Assembly (NCBI GenBank): GCA_047622095.1
Contig: JBLHNU010000011.1
Span: forward strand, 41,428 to 105,427
Direction of reading: 5' to 3'
Source of the DNA: Desulforhopalus sp.
Lineage (GTDB): Bacteria; Desulfobacterota; Desulfobulbia; Desulfobulbales; Desulfocapsaceae
DNA length: 64,000 nt
Shown: positions 40,731 through 51,092 of the stretch, piece by piece
How positions within the stretch are numbered: the first letter of the stretch is position 1
Layout of the letters: each line of letters starts with the position of its first letter
Translations under genes and position numbers: made by a program
Notes under the pieces: generated by a model
What the model was told of the DNA's origin: nothing
Seen by the model: the letters and a program-made list of their open reading frames with translations, nothing else
The model's database searches: none

Positions 40731-41474
40731 TTAAAGAACCTGCTTTAAGAAAAGTTTCGCCCGGTCTTCCTGTGGGTTGGTAAAAAAGTGTTCTGGAGTC
40801 CCAACTTCAACGACCTTTCCTTCATCCATAAAAATAACACGATCCGCCACTTCTCTAGCAAACCCCATTTCATGGGTTACCACAATCATCGTCATACCTT
40901 CCCGAGCAAGTTGTTTCATAACATCAAGGACTTCACCAACCATTTCCGGATCAAGTGCTGATGTAGGTTCATCAAATAACATCACTTTAGGATCCATAGC
41001 TAGTGCTCTGGCAATGGCAACACGCTGTTGCTGACCACCAGATAGTCTTGATGGATACTCGCCGGCTTTATCATGAATCCCAACCTTTTTCAACAGGGCA
41101 TATGCTTTTTCTTCTGCCTCTTTGTGGCTTCGCTTTCGCACCTTACGTTGTGCAAGTGTGAGGTTTTCAACCACAGTTTTATGGGGAAATAGGTTGAATT
41201 GTTGAAAAACCATACCTACTTCAGCACGTACCTTATTGATATTCGTTTTTTTATCAGCTAGATCAACACCATCTATAATGATGCGCCCTTCTGTGAAAGC
41301 TTCGAGCCCATTAATGCACCTCAGAAACGTCGACTTGCCGGAACCAGAAGGGCCTATTACAACAACGACTTCCCCCTGTGCAACCTCGGTAGACACCCCA
41401 TCGACAGCTCGAACGACACCGACACGGCTATTAAATATTTTGACCACATTCTCTGCTTTAATCACTGACGGCAA
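40731..41474 (-). CDS. Polar amino-acid ABC transporter ATPase (GlnQ-like)
   Basis: [47 protein letters not shown] and VTHEMGFA. Confidence 0.96.
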   Translation of the reverse strand: MPSVIKAENVVKIFNSRVGVVRAVDGVSTEVAQGEVVVVIGPSGSGKSTFLRCINGLEAFTEGRIIIDGVDLADKKTNINKVRAEVGMVFQQFNLFPHKTVVENLTLAQRKVRKRSHKEAEEKAYALLKKVGIHDKAGEYPSRLSGGQQQRVAIARALAMDPKVMLFDEPTSALDPEMVGEVLDVMKQLAREGMTMIVVTHEMGFAREVADRVIFMDEGKVVEVGTPEHFFTNPQEDRAKLFLKQVL

Positions 41475-42417
41475 ACCTCCGTTCCATGTAATAGACGATT
41501 TGTGACAATATGGACGTTACCAGTAAATACATGGCGGCGACAACTAGCCATACTTCAAAAGTTGCAAATGTTGAAGTAATGATTTCCCGCCCAGATTTAG
41601 TAAGATCTGTAATGGCAATGACTGAGACGAGAGAGGAATCTTTTATAAGGCTGATAAATTGACCGGAAAGAGGTGGCAGGATTTTTTTTAGAGCCTGGGG
41701 CAATATCACCTCCACCATCGTCTGGAATGAGTTCATTCCAAGAGATCTTGCCGCTTCGGCCTGTCCTTTAGGTATCGCCTGAATACCTGCCCTTACAATC
41801 TCTGCAACGTAGGCTCCCGCAAAAAGAGCAAGTGCTCCAATGCCACAGACATTTCTACTCAAATCAAAAACGGTACCGAGAAAAAAGTAGGCAAGAAAGA
41901 TCTGCACAAGCAGCGGTGTCCCCCTAATACACTCCACATAGATCATTGCAAGACCACGCAAAGTGAAATTCTCGGAGATCCTGGCAAGTCCTGTAAGTAA
42001 ACCTAATACGAGGGCAAACACGCTAGATATGGCTGAAAGCCAGAGGGTTGTCCACAACCCCATCATAAGTGGTCCTAAACGCCACTCCTTAACAAACCCT
42101 ACAGTGTCTCCTTCAAACAGATCCTCACCTTCGCTCACCTCTATACTATCTGACCCGACAGTCAGCGTAAGCTTCTCTGAGGTCTCAGAAACAACTAGAA
42201 TTTCTGCTGTTGCTCCGGATTCTTTGATGCTCTGTACAACACCATCAAATGGAATTTTTTGTGCATCTTCAGCGTGGTAGAGAAAGTACTGGGGAACTCT
42301 GTACCAACGCCACTGATAGTCAATCTTCTGAACCGCACCCCAGGAACCGGCAGCCACCACAAGAAGGATGGCTACCAGCAACAGTTTCCAGGGCCACGTT
42401 TTATTTGTGGCTGTCAA
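41458..42417 (-). CDS. Polar amino-acid ABC transporter permease (HisM/GlnP-like) with periplasmic insertion
   Basis: [34 protein letters not shown] and IKDSSL. About 60 extra residues after TM1. Confidence 0.93.
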   Translation of the reverse strand: MTATNKTWPWKLLLVAILLVVAAGSWGAVQKIDYQWRWYRVPQYFLYHAEDAQKIPFDGVVQSIKESGATAEILVVSETSEKLTLTVGSDSIEVSEGEDLFEGDTVGFVKEWRLGPLMMGLWTTLWLSAISSVFALVLGLLTGLARISENFTLRGLAMIYVECIRGTPLLVQIFLAYFFLGTVFDLSRNVCGIGALALFAGAYVAEIVRAGIQAIPKGQAEAARSLGMNSFQTMVEVILPQALKKILPPLSGQFISLIKDSSLVSVIAITDLTKSGREIITSTFATFEVWLVVAAMYLLVTSILSQIVYYMERRFAVSD

Positions 42418-42435
42418 AATAATGATTCCTTATTT

Positions 42436-43239
42436 TTACTGGATTTCTTTCATCCAAGCGCTATCTTGGAACCATTTTTTATAAATTTTGTCATAAACGC
42501 CGTCATACTTGACCTGAGCCATGAAATTATTCAACCAGTTCAAGAAATCAGCATCACCACGTTTGATAGCCCACGCAAGAGGCTCTTTGGTAAATGGTTC
42601 GTCAAGGTGAACAATTTTACCAACACCTTTTTGTCCAACAGCAATTGTGTTGAATGGTAGGTCGTAAACAAAAGCATCAATCTTACCGTTTACAAGCTCC
42701 ATAACACCTTCTTGCTCTGTCTCATAGGAGATGTATTTTGCATTACCAATCATTCTCTTGGTAGCCTGCTCACCTGTTGTTCCAAGTTTGGAGGCAACAG
42801 TATACTTAGCATTATTTAGATCTCTGTAAGATTTCACAGTATCAGCCAATTCTTTTTTGATAAGAATTGATTGACCAATAAGGATATATGGAGTCGCAAA
42901 GTTTACAGTGAGATTTCTCTGCTGGGTAAGGGTCATACCAGACATGATAACATCAAATTTACCTGTAAGAAGAGCAGGAATGATTCCATCCCAGGCAGTA
43001 GAAACTATTTCCAGCTTTACACCCATGGCCTTAGCCATTCTTTTTCCCATATCTACATCAAAACCAATGATCTCACCCTTCTTATTGGTCAACTCAAAAG
43101 GCATGTAACCAGGTTCCATACCAATGCGAAGAACGCCTCGCTTTTGAATTTCAGTCAAGGCATCAGCTGCAAACACAGAACCGCTTGAAAAAGTGATCAC
43201 CGCCAAAATGACAGCTAACAACAGGCTAATTTTTTTCAT
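42436..43239 (-). CDS. Polar amino-acid ABC transporter substrate-binding protein (family 3)
   Basis: Signal peptide, GYMPFE, GFDVD, WDGIIPALLTGKFD, GMTLT..R and GTTG. Confidence 0.95.
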   Translation of the reverse strand: MKKISLLLAVILAVITFSSGSVFAADALTEIQKRGVLRIGMEPGYMPFELTNKKGEIIGFDVDMGKRMAKAMGVKLEIVSTAWDGIIPALLTGKFDVIMSGMTLTQQRNLTVNFATPYILIGQSILIKKELADTVKSYRDLNNAKYTVASKLGTTGEQATKRMIGNAKYISYETEQEGVMELVNGKIDAFVYDLPFNTIAVGQKGVGKIVHLDEPFTKEPLAWAIKRGDADFLNWLNNFMAQVKYDGVYDKIYKKWFQDSAWMKEIQ

Positions 43240-43686
43240 CTACATCTCCTTTTTACATTTTTCTTATCAAAAGGGGTTCCTCCCCAAAGCCGTAACAAAG
43301 TACTCTGAATCGAGAGATTGGACAACAGCATCCACTACACCATCTGGTTTCAAACACGAAAAAAGTACAAATACTACTATTATAATGAGCTGTAATCCCT
43401 TTGTCGGTACCAAGATACACAACAAAACTCAAGAAATAACGTACATTTCTATATAGTTTACCTCCACTCTCACTCTTTCGTAAAAAAACACGACAAACGA
43501 CAGAGATGTAAGACAAACACATCTACCGTGCTGAGTTAAATTATTTTCTTGTTTTGCGTATGCAAGATTTAGGTCATAGATTATCATGCCCGCTGTTACT
43601 ATATTGATGCAGGTTAAATAACACCGAACGCGAGACGCAACCAGCACCCCGCACACCATGAATAGGAAATACAGGAAGACACTACT

Positions 43687-44610
43687 ATGAAAAACGTTAC
43701 CATATCAGGTTCTCTAGCTTATGATCGAATTATGAATTTTGCAGACAAATTCTCAAACCATATCCTTCCTGATAAAATCCATACCCTTAACGTCTGTTTT
43801 CAAGTCGATGGGGTTACAGAAAACTATGGTGGTACCGCCGGAAATATTGCATATGCGCTTAACCTCATGGGTGGCCGCCCACAGTTTTCATCAACTATTG
43901 GCAGTGATCATCATAAATATTTTGAGTGGCTTCAGCGCAACAAGATCTCCTCTGACGGCATTACAATTGTAGAGGAGGAACTCACCGCAGGTGCCTATAT
44001 CACTACTGATTCCAGCAACAACCAGATTACTGGCTTTAATCCGGGTGCCATGAAATATTCCTCTAATCTCGATTTTTCCAGCCTCTCCTCTGACAAAGAT
44101 CTCATGCTGATCTCTCCTGGAAACCTTGAAGATATGATCAATTACCCAAAAGAGTGTAAAGCCAAGAAAATAGATTACATATTCGATCCAGGCCAGGCGC
44201 TGCCGGTACTACAGGGAGACGACCTTATAGATGTAATTACGGATTGTTTAATTCTGATAGTCAATGACTATGAGTTCAATCTCATCATGGACAAAACGGG
44301 CAAGACGAAAGAAGAGCTGCTGAAACTGGCTCAAACTACGATCATTACTCTTGGGGAAAAAGGATCGGAAATCTATTCTGGCTCAGCCATAACTCCTATA
44401 AGACCCTTTACAGCTGCACAGGTCATAGATCCCACAGGGGCCGGTGATGCTTTCAGAGGTGGCCTGATACAAGGTCTACTCGACGGAAAAAGCATGGAGG
44501 ACAGCGCTCTTATTGGCAGTGCTTGTGCATCCTTTGCTGTTGAGAGCAACGGCACCCAAGTCTACAGTTTCACTCCAGAAGAGTTTGAAAAACGGTCTAC
44601 TTCTGCTTAA
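43687..44610 (+). CDS. PfkB-family kinase, adenosine kinase-like
   Basis: SGSLAYDRIM, GGTAGNIAY, FDPGQ, VNDYE and anion-hole DPTGAGDAFRGG. The N-terminus matches my recollection of bacterial adenosine kinases. Confidence 0.85.
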   Translation: MKNVTISGSLAYDRIMNFADKFSNHILPDKIHTLNVCFQVDGVTENYGGTAGNIAYALNLMGGRPQFSSTIGSDHHKYFEWLQRNKISSDGITIVEEELTAGAYITTDSSNNQITGFNPGAMKYSSNLDFSSLSSDKDLMLISPGNLEDMINYPKECKAKKIDYIFDPGQALPVLQGDDLIDVITDCLILIVNDYEFNLIMDKTGKTKEELLKLAQTTIITLGEKGSEIYSGSAITPIRPFTAAQVIDPTGAGDAFRGGLIQGLLDGKSMEDSALIGSACASFAVESNGTQVYSFTPEEFEKRSTSA

Positions 44611-44625
44611 AACCTCCCAGGTGCT

Positions 44626-44660
44626 GACTAGCCCACAATGTTCATCAGAACTTGGGGCTA
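44626..44660. terminator. Hairpin between convergent kinase and DUF2293 genes
   Basis: ACTAGCCC...GGGCTAGT inverted repeat. Confidence 0.45.
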
Positions 44661-45338
44661 GTTCTTATTTGTCAGAGCTCGAAAAAGAGGACATGATTCA
44701 GAGATTTCCTCGCCTTGTCGATATCGTGACAAGAGCTCTATAGAAAGTGCAGCAAGTTCTCTTCGGACCTCTCGTCGCCTCCCCTTTACTCTGGCAATTG
44801 ACATGCGATCGTAGCTGGTTGTCTGGTGTCTCATCCAAGCGACGACAGCTTTTGAAGCGCGCTCTTCCACAGGTATTCTCTTCGTCCTGGCAACGGTTCC
44901 GGATCCAACAGGGGTTGCATGGACTGTAACGGCCAAAGCCAGTTGTTTTTCAAGTTCCTTGTGCCTGGGAGCAAACCCGAGAAAAGTCGCTACTTCACAC
45001 GAAAACGTTTCCACATATTCGTTGTGTAGCCTTTCTTTTCTGGCAAGATCTGTCTTTCTTTTCTGGGCGTAACTATCGGTTGAGCGCTTTTCTTCAATTT
45101 CACGCTTTCCCTCATCGATATGCTCCCGGGCTGTCCAGATCCCTTTTGACATAAGACGGCGTCCTTTTTTCACCTGAACGAGCCAGCTTATCCCTTTAGA
45201 TTTGACCCGTTTTGTCAGCGGGCCGTCACCAGGTTCAAGCAATTCCCATCCTGCAGGAATGTTCAGAACACTTCCATCTTCGGCGAGCACTGTGCCCTTT
45301 ATTCTTGCCGGTTTTACAATTCTATTTTTATGTGGCAT
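44658..45338 (-). CDS. DUF2293-domain protein
   Basis: PAGWELLEPGDGPLTKRVK, SKGIW, HATPVGSGTVAR and AVVAWMRHQTTSYD. Confidence 0.8.
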   Translation of the reverse strand: MPHKNRIVKPARIKGTVLAEDGSVLNIPAGWELLEPGDGPLTKRVKSKGISWLVQVKKGRRLMSKGIWTAREHIDEGKREIEEKRSTDSYAQKRKTDLARKERLHNEYVETFSCEVATFLGFAPRHKELEKQLALAVTVHATPVGSGTVARTKRIPVEERASKAVVAWMRHQTTSYDRMSIARVKGRRREVRRELAALSIELLSRYRQGEEISESCPLFRALTNKN

Positions 45339-45449
45339 TACGTCGATATACTAGTGGGAAAATATAATAGAGAGACCTTAGCAAATGCCTTAGCCCGGAT
45401 ATCTCATGTAAAAAATGCCTCATTTACAGATTCACATGAAATATGCGGG

Positions 45450-46076
45450 TTAGCGTTCTGTGAAAGCAAGCTTGGCAGCCAAAGAAAGAAAAACAACTCC
45501 AGCAACACGATTAAGTATACGCTCGGGTCTCTGAGATGATCTCAAAAAAGTCCCTATCCATCCGGCAAGAAAACTTATTCCGCCAAAAACCAGAAATGTA
45601 GAAAGTACAAACAGTACACCTAATAGGAGAAACTGCGGTAAAAGAGGACCAGAAGCTGGATCTGTAAATTGTGGCAGAAATGCAAGAAAGAAGATAGAAA
45701 TCTTCGGATTGGTGATATTCATCACAATCCCACGACCATACAATCTTCTCCAGCTCACACCTGATACGCGGACCTGTTGGCTTGATTCCCCTGATGCCTG
45801 CCACGACTGATAGGCAAGATACAAAAGATATGCAGCACCCACATATTTTAATACATTAAATGCCAGCGCCGATGTACTAAACAGCGCGGCAGCACCCAAT
45901 GCTACAGCCAGAGTATGAAATAAAATACCGGTTGATAAACCAAGCGTCACCACAATTCCTGCAAATTTCCCGCGTTGCGCTGCTTGCGCCAAAACGAAGA
46001 GATTATCAGGCCCTGGGGTTACGCCAAGTAGCAACGAAGTCGCAAAGAAAACGGATAAGCTCTCAAAAGACTGCAT
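45450..46076 (-). CDS. LysE/RhtB-family amino-acid exporter
   Basis: TPGPDN, KYVGAAYLLYLA and NITNPK..FFLAFLPQF. Starts 12 bp after the pilH stop. Confidence 0.93.
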   Translation of the reverse strand: MQSFESLSVFFATSLLLGVTPGPDNLFVLAQAAQRGKFAGIVVTLGLSTGILFHTLAVALGAAALFSTSALAFNVLKYVGAAYLLYLAYQSWQASGESSQQVRVSGVSWRRLYGRGIVMNITNPKISIFFLAFLPQFTDPASGPLLPQFLLLGVLFVLSTFLVFGGISFLAGWIGTFLRSSQRPERILNRVAGVVFLSLAAKLAFTER

Positions 46077-46088
46077 AGAAATCAGTAA

Positions 46089-46457
46089 TTAATTAATATT
46101 TTTTTCAATTATTGCTTTCAATTCCTCTTCTTTATACGGTTTCGTCAGGTAATCATCAGCACCTTGCTTTAAGCCCCAAAACTTATCACATGCCTGATCT
46201 TTGCTACTCACAATGACAACCTTTACATCTTTGGTAGTATCATCATTTTTTAATTGTCGACACACCTGAAATCCATTTTTATTCGGCAAAATAACATCAA
46301 GTAAAACCAGATCCGGCTTGTGTTCAATTGCTGCTGCAAGTGCCTTATCACCTTCTACAACCACCACAGTTCTGTACCCTTGATCCAGACAAACAGCTTC
46401 CGCTATCTTTCTTTCAATTGGGCTGTCTTCGACTATTAATATCAGTTTTGCTGCCAT
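46089..46457 (-). CDS. pilH: Single-domain response regulator, PilH-like
   Basis: IVEDSPIE, LLDVILPNKNGFQVCRQL, SSKDQ..DK.WG..QGA.DYLTKP match the PilH pattern. Confidence 0.8.
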   Translation of the reverse strand: MAAKLILIVEDSPIERKIAEAVCLDQGYRTVVVVEGDKALAAAIEHKPDLVLLDVILPNKNGFQVCRQLKNDDTTKDVKVVIVSSKDQACDKFWGLKQGADDYLTKPYKEEELKAIIEKNIN

Positions 46458-46560
46458 TTTATTTTTCCCTTTTTATCAAATTTATTTCAAAGCCATTCGA
46501 ATCATAATTTTCAATATGGCTTATAAATGTCGTATCACACCGATGAATCCCCTGAAATAT

Positions 46561-47040
46561 CTATATAATATTTCCGACAATACCAGCAACATCGGGAACT
46601 ATCCCAACCTTACCCTTCCCCAGAGAATATGCTCCAAGGATATGCTCACTATTTTCAGATGCTGAAAACGTATCCAAAGCAGAAAATGCTCTGGTCAGTT
46701 TAAAAAATTTCGGTGAATCACTTGACTGCACAATGAGTTTCCTCACCTGCTTTTTCTTATCAACCGACCGAAGTACCATATACTTAGAACTCTCGTTTGC
46801 GTTTTGCGCTACAAACCCAAAATACCTTTCCAGTGAAATCACAGGAAGAGCCTCGCCTTGATAGTTTGCCATTACTGTGGCTTTTGACTCATCCACCTGC
46901 TCAAGTTCTTTTACAACAAACTCAAGTTGAGATCGACTAACAATCCAGTACAACTCTTCTTTATCACTACTACTGCAACATGCTCGAACTATCGCCACTT
47001 CAAGATCTGTTCTCATATCCTCATCACCAGCCCCGCTCAT
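46561..47040 (-). CDS. cheW: Divergent CheW-like adaptor (ChpC-like position)
   Basis: YQGEALPVISLERYFG and final GIVPDVAGI strands resemble CheW. Overlaps the kinase stop by 17 bp. Confidence 0.65.
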   Translation of the reverse strand: MSGAGDEDMRTDLEVAIVRACCSSSDKEELYWIVSRSQLEFVVKELEQVDESKATVMANYQGEALPVISLERYFGFVAQNANESSKYMVLRSVDKKKQVRKLIVQSSDSPKFFKLTRAFSALDTFSASENSEHILGAYSLGKGKVGIVPDVAGIVGNII

Positions 47041-50000
47041 TGCGTTTCGCTTCTATTTGTTCTAAAAGTTGGACAAAGCTATCTTCTTCGTATGGCTTGG
47101 TCATATAATAAGCCACACCCAACTCTTTTGCTTTTACTTGATGCTTCTCTGATGCTCTGGAGGTCAACATGATGACAGGAATATCTTTATATGCGTCCCG
47201 GTTATTAATGTTTGACTTAAACTCATAACCATTCATCTTAGGCATCTCAATATCGAGAATAATCACATCAGGAGTAAAATTTTCAAGCCGTACCAGAGCC
47301 TCTAAACCATCAACCGCTTGTTGTTGCGTCCACCCTTGAGATTCTACAAGGCGGGCAATACTGTATCGCACACTGATAGAGTCATCAACAATGAGCACTT
47401 TAAGAGGTTCAGAGCGAATGGGCAGGACTTCAGCTTCCGGCAATAAATGCCTCACCTGTGGCTGCACATCCACCAGCTCCCTGAGATTGAGAATAGGAAT
47501 AAGATCTCCACCACCACTTACTGTTACCCCACCAATCCCTTGTACATGGGTGAGGTGACTTCCTAGGCCTTTTACAATAATTTCGCGCTGCTCTATAATT
47601 TCAGTCACAGACAAAACAAAACTTCTGGAAGCCTCACCGCTTTTGGGTGTTGCCGAAAATAGAATCGCCGCCCCGGATGTCCTCGCTGAGTTATCTTCAA
47701 GCTCAAGATAAGAGGCAAGACTTGAAAAAGTAACAAATTCATCTTTTACAAGAATACTCAGAGCGCCATCTTCATCTCTGATATCTTCCACCTTAAACTG
47801 CCTTATTTCCTCAATATCCTGAAGAGGGACAGCAAAAGAATTACCTGCAACATTTACCAGAACCGCTCTATTCACGGACAGAGTAAAAGGAATATGGATT
47901 TCAAATTTCACCCCTTGCCCAGGGCTATTATCAACCTGAATCGAGCCTCTCAAATCCTGTATGTTTTTCTTTACAACATCAAGCCCTACTCCCCTGCCAG
48001 ATAGCTCAGTTATCTCTTTTTTGGTACTGACACTTGGATAAAAAATGTATTCAAGAACTTCAGAGTCACTGAGCTTTTCCGGGTTATTTACTATAGAGGA
48101 GGTTGATAGCCTTTCTCTGAGCAGGTTCAGATCAATACCAGCCCCATCATCAGAGATATAAAGCACAACATAGCGACTACGCTGTTCTGCACGCAGAGTG
48201 ATCCTTCCTCTGTCTTGTTTTCCCGCAAGACGACGCCTATCAGTTGATTCTATACCATGGTCCACACTATTTCTTAGAATATGTAGCAGTGGGTCTGTCA
48301 CTTTTGCCCAGACAAACCTATCCATGTACACATCTTCACCCACGATGTTCAAATCAACGGGTTTTTCAAGCTTTGCTGATGCGTTGCGAACTGTACTGTA
48401 AAGCACCCTCGATATTGCAGACAATGGAGTCATACGGATACGCATCAATTTATCCTGCATTTGACGCATGGTAAGCTGCTGTTTGGCAACCTGCCCACTA
48501 ATGTTACCGGTCAACGACTGCAGAGTTGAGTAGATTGAATTAACATCTACTGAAATTTCATTAAGAGAACGGATAATAAGATTTAATTCTGAATAGCGAT
48601 CCAGCTCAATAGGATCAAATTCTGACAGCTCCTGTCCCCCATGCTCGTCAAAGTGCATCAGTGGACCTGCGCTACCACTCGGCAATGGTTTCACCCCGTA
48701 AAGAGCCTGTACTTCAAAGCCACTTTCAAGTTCTTGACTTTTCCGTCGTAAATTCTCTTTAACATTTTCCAGGTCACCTAAGGTCTCGGAGACTTCCTCC
48801 ACCATCTTTTCAATGGCTCCACGGGCAACAACCAGCTCTCCTTCAACAGAGAGTAGTTCATCAAGATCATCCAATCGCACCCTAAGGGTTCCTGAATCCT
48901 CCGGCAATATTGGACTCTCTTGCACACCATGCTCAGCCTCAGCCAGCATTCCAATAACGTCTTCCTCTACAACAACATCTTCCTCTTCGACAGTCGCTTT
49001 AGATTTTTCACCAAGGTACCTTTCGATATTTTCCTGCAACTTTAAAGCGGTGTCATTGTCAGGATGCCCAGCAAGTTTTTCCAGCGTCCCTGCACTCTCA
49101 CCAATGAGCTGAACCTCTTGTCTTCCAACAAGTTCATCGTGATCATACAGCCAATCGAGCATGTCCTCCAGAGTATGTGCGGCTCCTGCAAGCAGGTTAA
49201 CACCAGTCATAGAAGCGGCGCCCTTTAAGGTATGTACCGCGCGACGTATTTCGGTTAGTGATTCGATAATTTTCGGTCGATCTGAAGCATCAATGGCGAC
49301 CTGTTTTTCAAGATGGGTCAGCGACGCATTAATGGTGATAAAATGCTCTTCACACTCTTCTTTAAATATTTCAGCAAGAGCTGCTTCTTCCGGATCGACA
49401 GGAAATACAACCGTATTTTCATCTGCGACGTTTACAAGACCACTCTCTACAAGTTCTCCAGTACTTTCTTCTTCAGCAAAGAAATCGTCGTCAGCTGAAG
49501 AACCTTGATCACCCTCAAAAAAATCAAACAGATCCGTTTCATCTTTCTGTTCGCGCTTTTGACTTGTAGAAAACTCCACATCAGAAAGCTCATCTAGGAA
49601 AGAGATCGAATCATTTATATTTTCAGGATCTCCAAACAACTCATCCACAAAAGGCTCCTCTACAGGAGAAGCAACATCTACGAATATTGTCTCTCCAGAT
49701 AAAAGCAAAACCGTAACTTGCTTTAACTGCTTGTAAATCCTTTTAAGAGAATCTGTTCGATCATCATGGTTATCCGAAAAAGCTACCTGTAAAAATCCAA
49801 GGAAATCCCGAACCAGAGCAGTTACCTCGTCCTGATGAGAGTTTCCACCTTCTGCAAGTGAACCCAGTAAGCCACTAAAATCTTGAAACAGAAGTTTTCC
49901 CCCCTCGCCCTCACTTGCTTTAGCGACACCTGCAAGTGTTGCAAAAGCAGAAGACAACTTAATAAAAACATGTCTATTCTGTTTCCTGTGTGTCTCATCA

Positions 50001-50473
50001 TTACCCAGACAAGCCGCCAGTTCATTAAGTAAAGGCAATAAAGATCGAATAGTTTCCAGGGTCTCATCCTCTGAATCCGGTACATCATCTTCAGCATTGG
50101 GCCACACCAGACCTTCCACAACCTTGTAAAATTTTTCCTCTACAGCTGGATCCAAAGATTCGCTTTCAACAAATACATCAAGAAGCTCTATAGTTTTTTT
50201 AACTGAATCTATACCACTCACGATGATGGGGGCGCCTCTTTCAACGATAGCCTCAAGATAATCCTCAACTATTCGTGCACCACGACTCAGACTTGAAAGC
50301 TGAACCTGGGCTGCTGCTCCTTTAATATTGTGAAATAGCCGATGTAGTTCACCTACTGCCTGACGATCCTTTGATGAACGAACCGCACTAAGAGCATGTT
50401 CCATTTCTGGAATATATGATTTTACTTCCTGAAAAAAGAGTTCAAGAAGCTCCGATCTCGAAAAATTCGCCAT
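47024..50473 (-). CDS. chpA: ChpA/CheA-like hybrid kinase (Hpt-pseudoHpt-Hpt-dimer-HATPase-CheW-REC)
   Basis: Hpt HNIKGAA and HTLKGAA, LRVRLDDLDEL, FDPIELDRYSEL (ChpA-type), HILRNSVDHGIE, DDGAGID, SGRGVGLDVV, CheW domain and C-terminal REC LDIEMP. Confidence 0.92.
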   Translation of the reverse strand: MANFSRSELLELFFQEVKSYIPEMEHALSAVRSSKDRQAVGELHRLFHNIKGAAAQVQLSSLSRGARIVEDYLEAIVERGAPIIVSGIDSVKKTIELLDVFVESESLDPAVEEKFYKVVEGLVWPNAEDDVPDSEDETLETIRSLLPLLNELAACLGNDETHRKQNRHVFIKLSSAFATLAGVAKASEGEGGKLLFQDFSGLLGSLAEGGNSHQDEVTALVRDFLGFLQVAFSDNHDDRTDSLKRIYKQLKQVTVLLLSGETIFVDVASPVEEPFVDELFGDPENINDSISFLDELSDVEFSTSQKREQKDETDLFDFFEGDQGSSADDDFFAEEESTGELVESGLVNVADENTVVFPVDPEEAALAEIFKEECEEHFITINASLTHLEKQVAIDASDRPKIIESLTEIRRAVHTLKGAASMTGVNLLAGAAHTLEDMLDWLYDHDELVGRQEVQLIGESAGTLEKLAGHPDNDTALKLQENIERYLGEKSKATVEEEDVVVEEDVIGMLAEAEHGVQESPILPEDSGTLRVRLDDLDELLSVEGELVVARGAIEKMVEEVSETLGDLENVKENLRRKSQELESGFEVQALYGVKPLPSGSAGPLMHFDEHGGQELSEFDPIELDRYSELNLIIRSLNEISVDVNSIYSTLQSLTGNISGQVAKQQLTMRQMQDKLMRIRMTPLSAISRVLYSTVRNASAKLEKPVDLNIVGEDVYMDRFVWAKVTDPLLHILRNSVDHGIESTDRRRLAGKQDRGRITLRAEQRSRYVVLYISDDGAGIDLNLLRERLSTSSIVNNPEKLSDSEVLEYIFYPSVSTKKEITELSGRGVGLDVVKKNIQDLRGSIQVDNSPGQGVKFEIHIPFTLSVNRAVLVNVAGNSFAVPLQDIEEIRQFKVEDIRDEDGALSILVKDEFVTFSSLASYLELEDNSARTSGAAILFSATPKSGEASRSFVLSVTEIIEQREIIVKGLGSHLTHVQGIGGVTVSGGGDLIPILNLRELVDVQPQVRHLLPEAEVLPIRSEPLKVLIVDDSISVRYSIARLVESQGWTQQQAVDGLEALVRLENFTPDVIILDIEMPKMNGYEFKSNINNRDAYKDIPVIMLTSRASEKHQVKAKELGVAYYMTKPYEEDSFVQLLEQIEAKRNERGW

Positions 50474-50514
50474 CTTAATTGGTCCTTCTTATACGAAACA
50501 TTCCAAAACGCATC

Positions 50515-51078
50515 TTAGCTTAAACTCTCTTTTTCAAAATTGACAAGCCGAGGGTGGGTGAGAAACTTTTGAACATTCAGAATGGAATATATTTCCCCAT
50601 CAACAAGAAGATTTTCCTGAAACAAAATCGCGCCGATCGAACTTTCTTTACTCTTTTTGGATGGCTGAATATCGCTCTTGCTTCGTGTAACTGTTCCAAC
50701 AACGGAGTCAACCCCTACACCAACTTTCATTTTTCCTTCCCGTAGTACAAGCAGTTTTTTATCACGCCGCGTATCAGACTTTTCTTCATTCAAAAAACCC
50801 GTAAGATCAATCATTGAAATAATTTCACTCCGAATATTCATGATACCTTTAATCCACTCTGGCAGATTAGGTAGAGATGTAATTTTCGGCATGGAACCAA
50901 CTTCAGCAAGACTATCAATCGTAATTGCAAGAGAACGTGAGCCAATCGCAACGAGGATGTATTTTACCATGGGCTCAGGTGTCACCCCAAAGGACGCTGG
51001 ATCAATGGCATCCATTACACCTTCAAGTTGGCTATCAATACCGTGGATGAGGCTATTTAAATCTGGGTAATTTGTCAT
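50515..51078 (-). CDS. cheW: CheW adaptor (PilI-like)
   Basis: ITSLPNLPEWIKGIMNIRSEIISMIDL, GVGVDSVVG and ILNV. Confidence 0.9.
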   Translation of the reverse strand: MTNYPDLNSLIHGIDSQLEGVMDAIDPASFGVTPEPMVKYILVAIGSRSLAITIDSLAEVGSMPKITSLPNLPEWIKGIMNIRSEIISMIDLTGFLNEEKSDTRRDKKLLVLREGKMKVGVGVDSVVGTVTRSKSDIQPSKKSKESSIGAILFQENLLVDGEIYSILNVQKFLTHPRLVNFEKESLS

Positions 51079-51092
51079 TATAAATGCGTCGG

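Noticed and set aside
43253-43659. ORFs 43253..43522 and 43429..43659 in the divergent promoter region
   Set aside because: No motifs, atypical composition and overlap with the expected promoter space. The AGATGT-N9-ACATCT dyad at 43504-43524 is too short to call.
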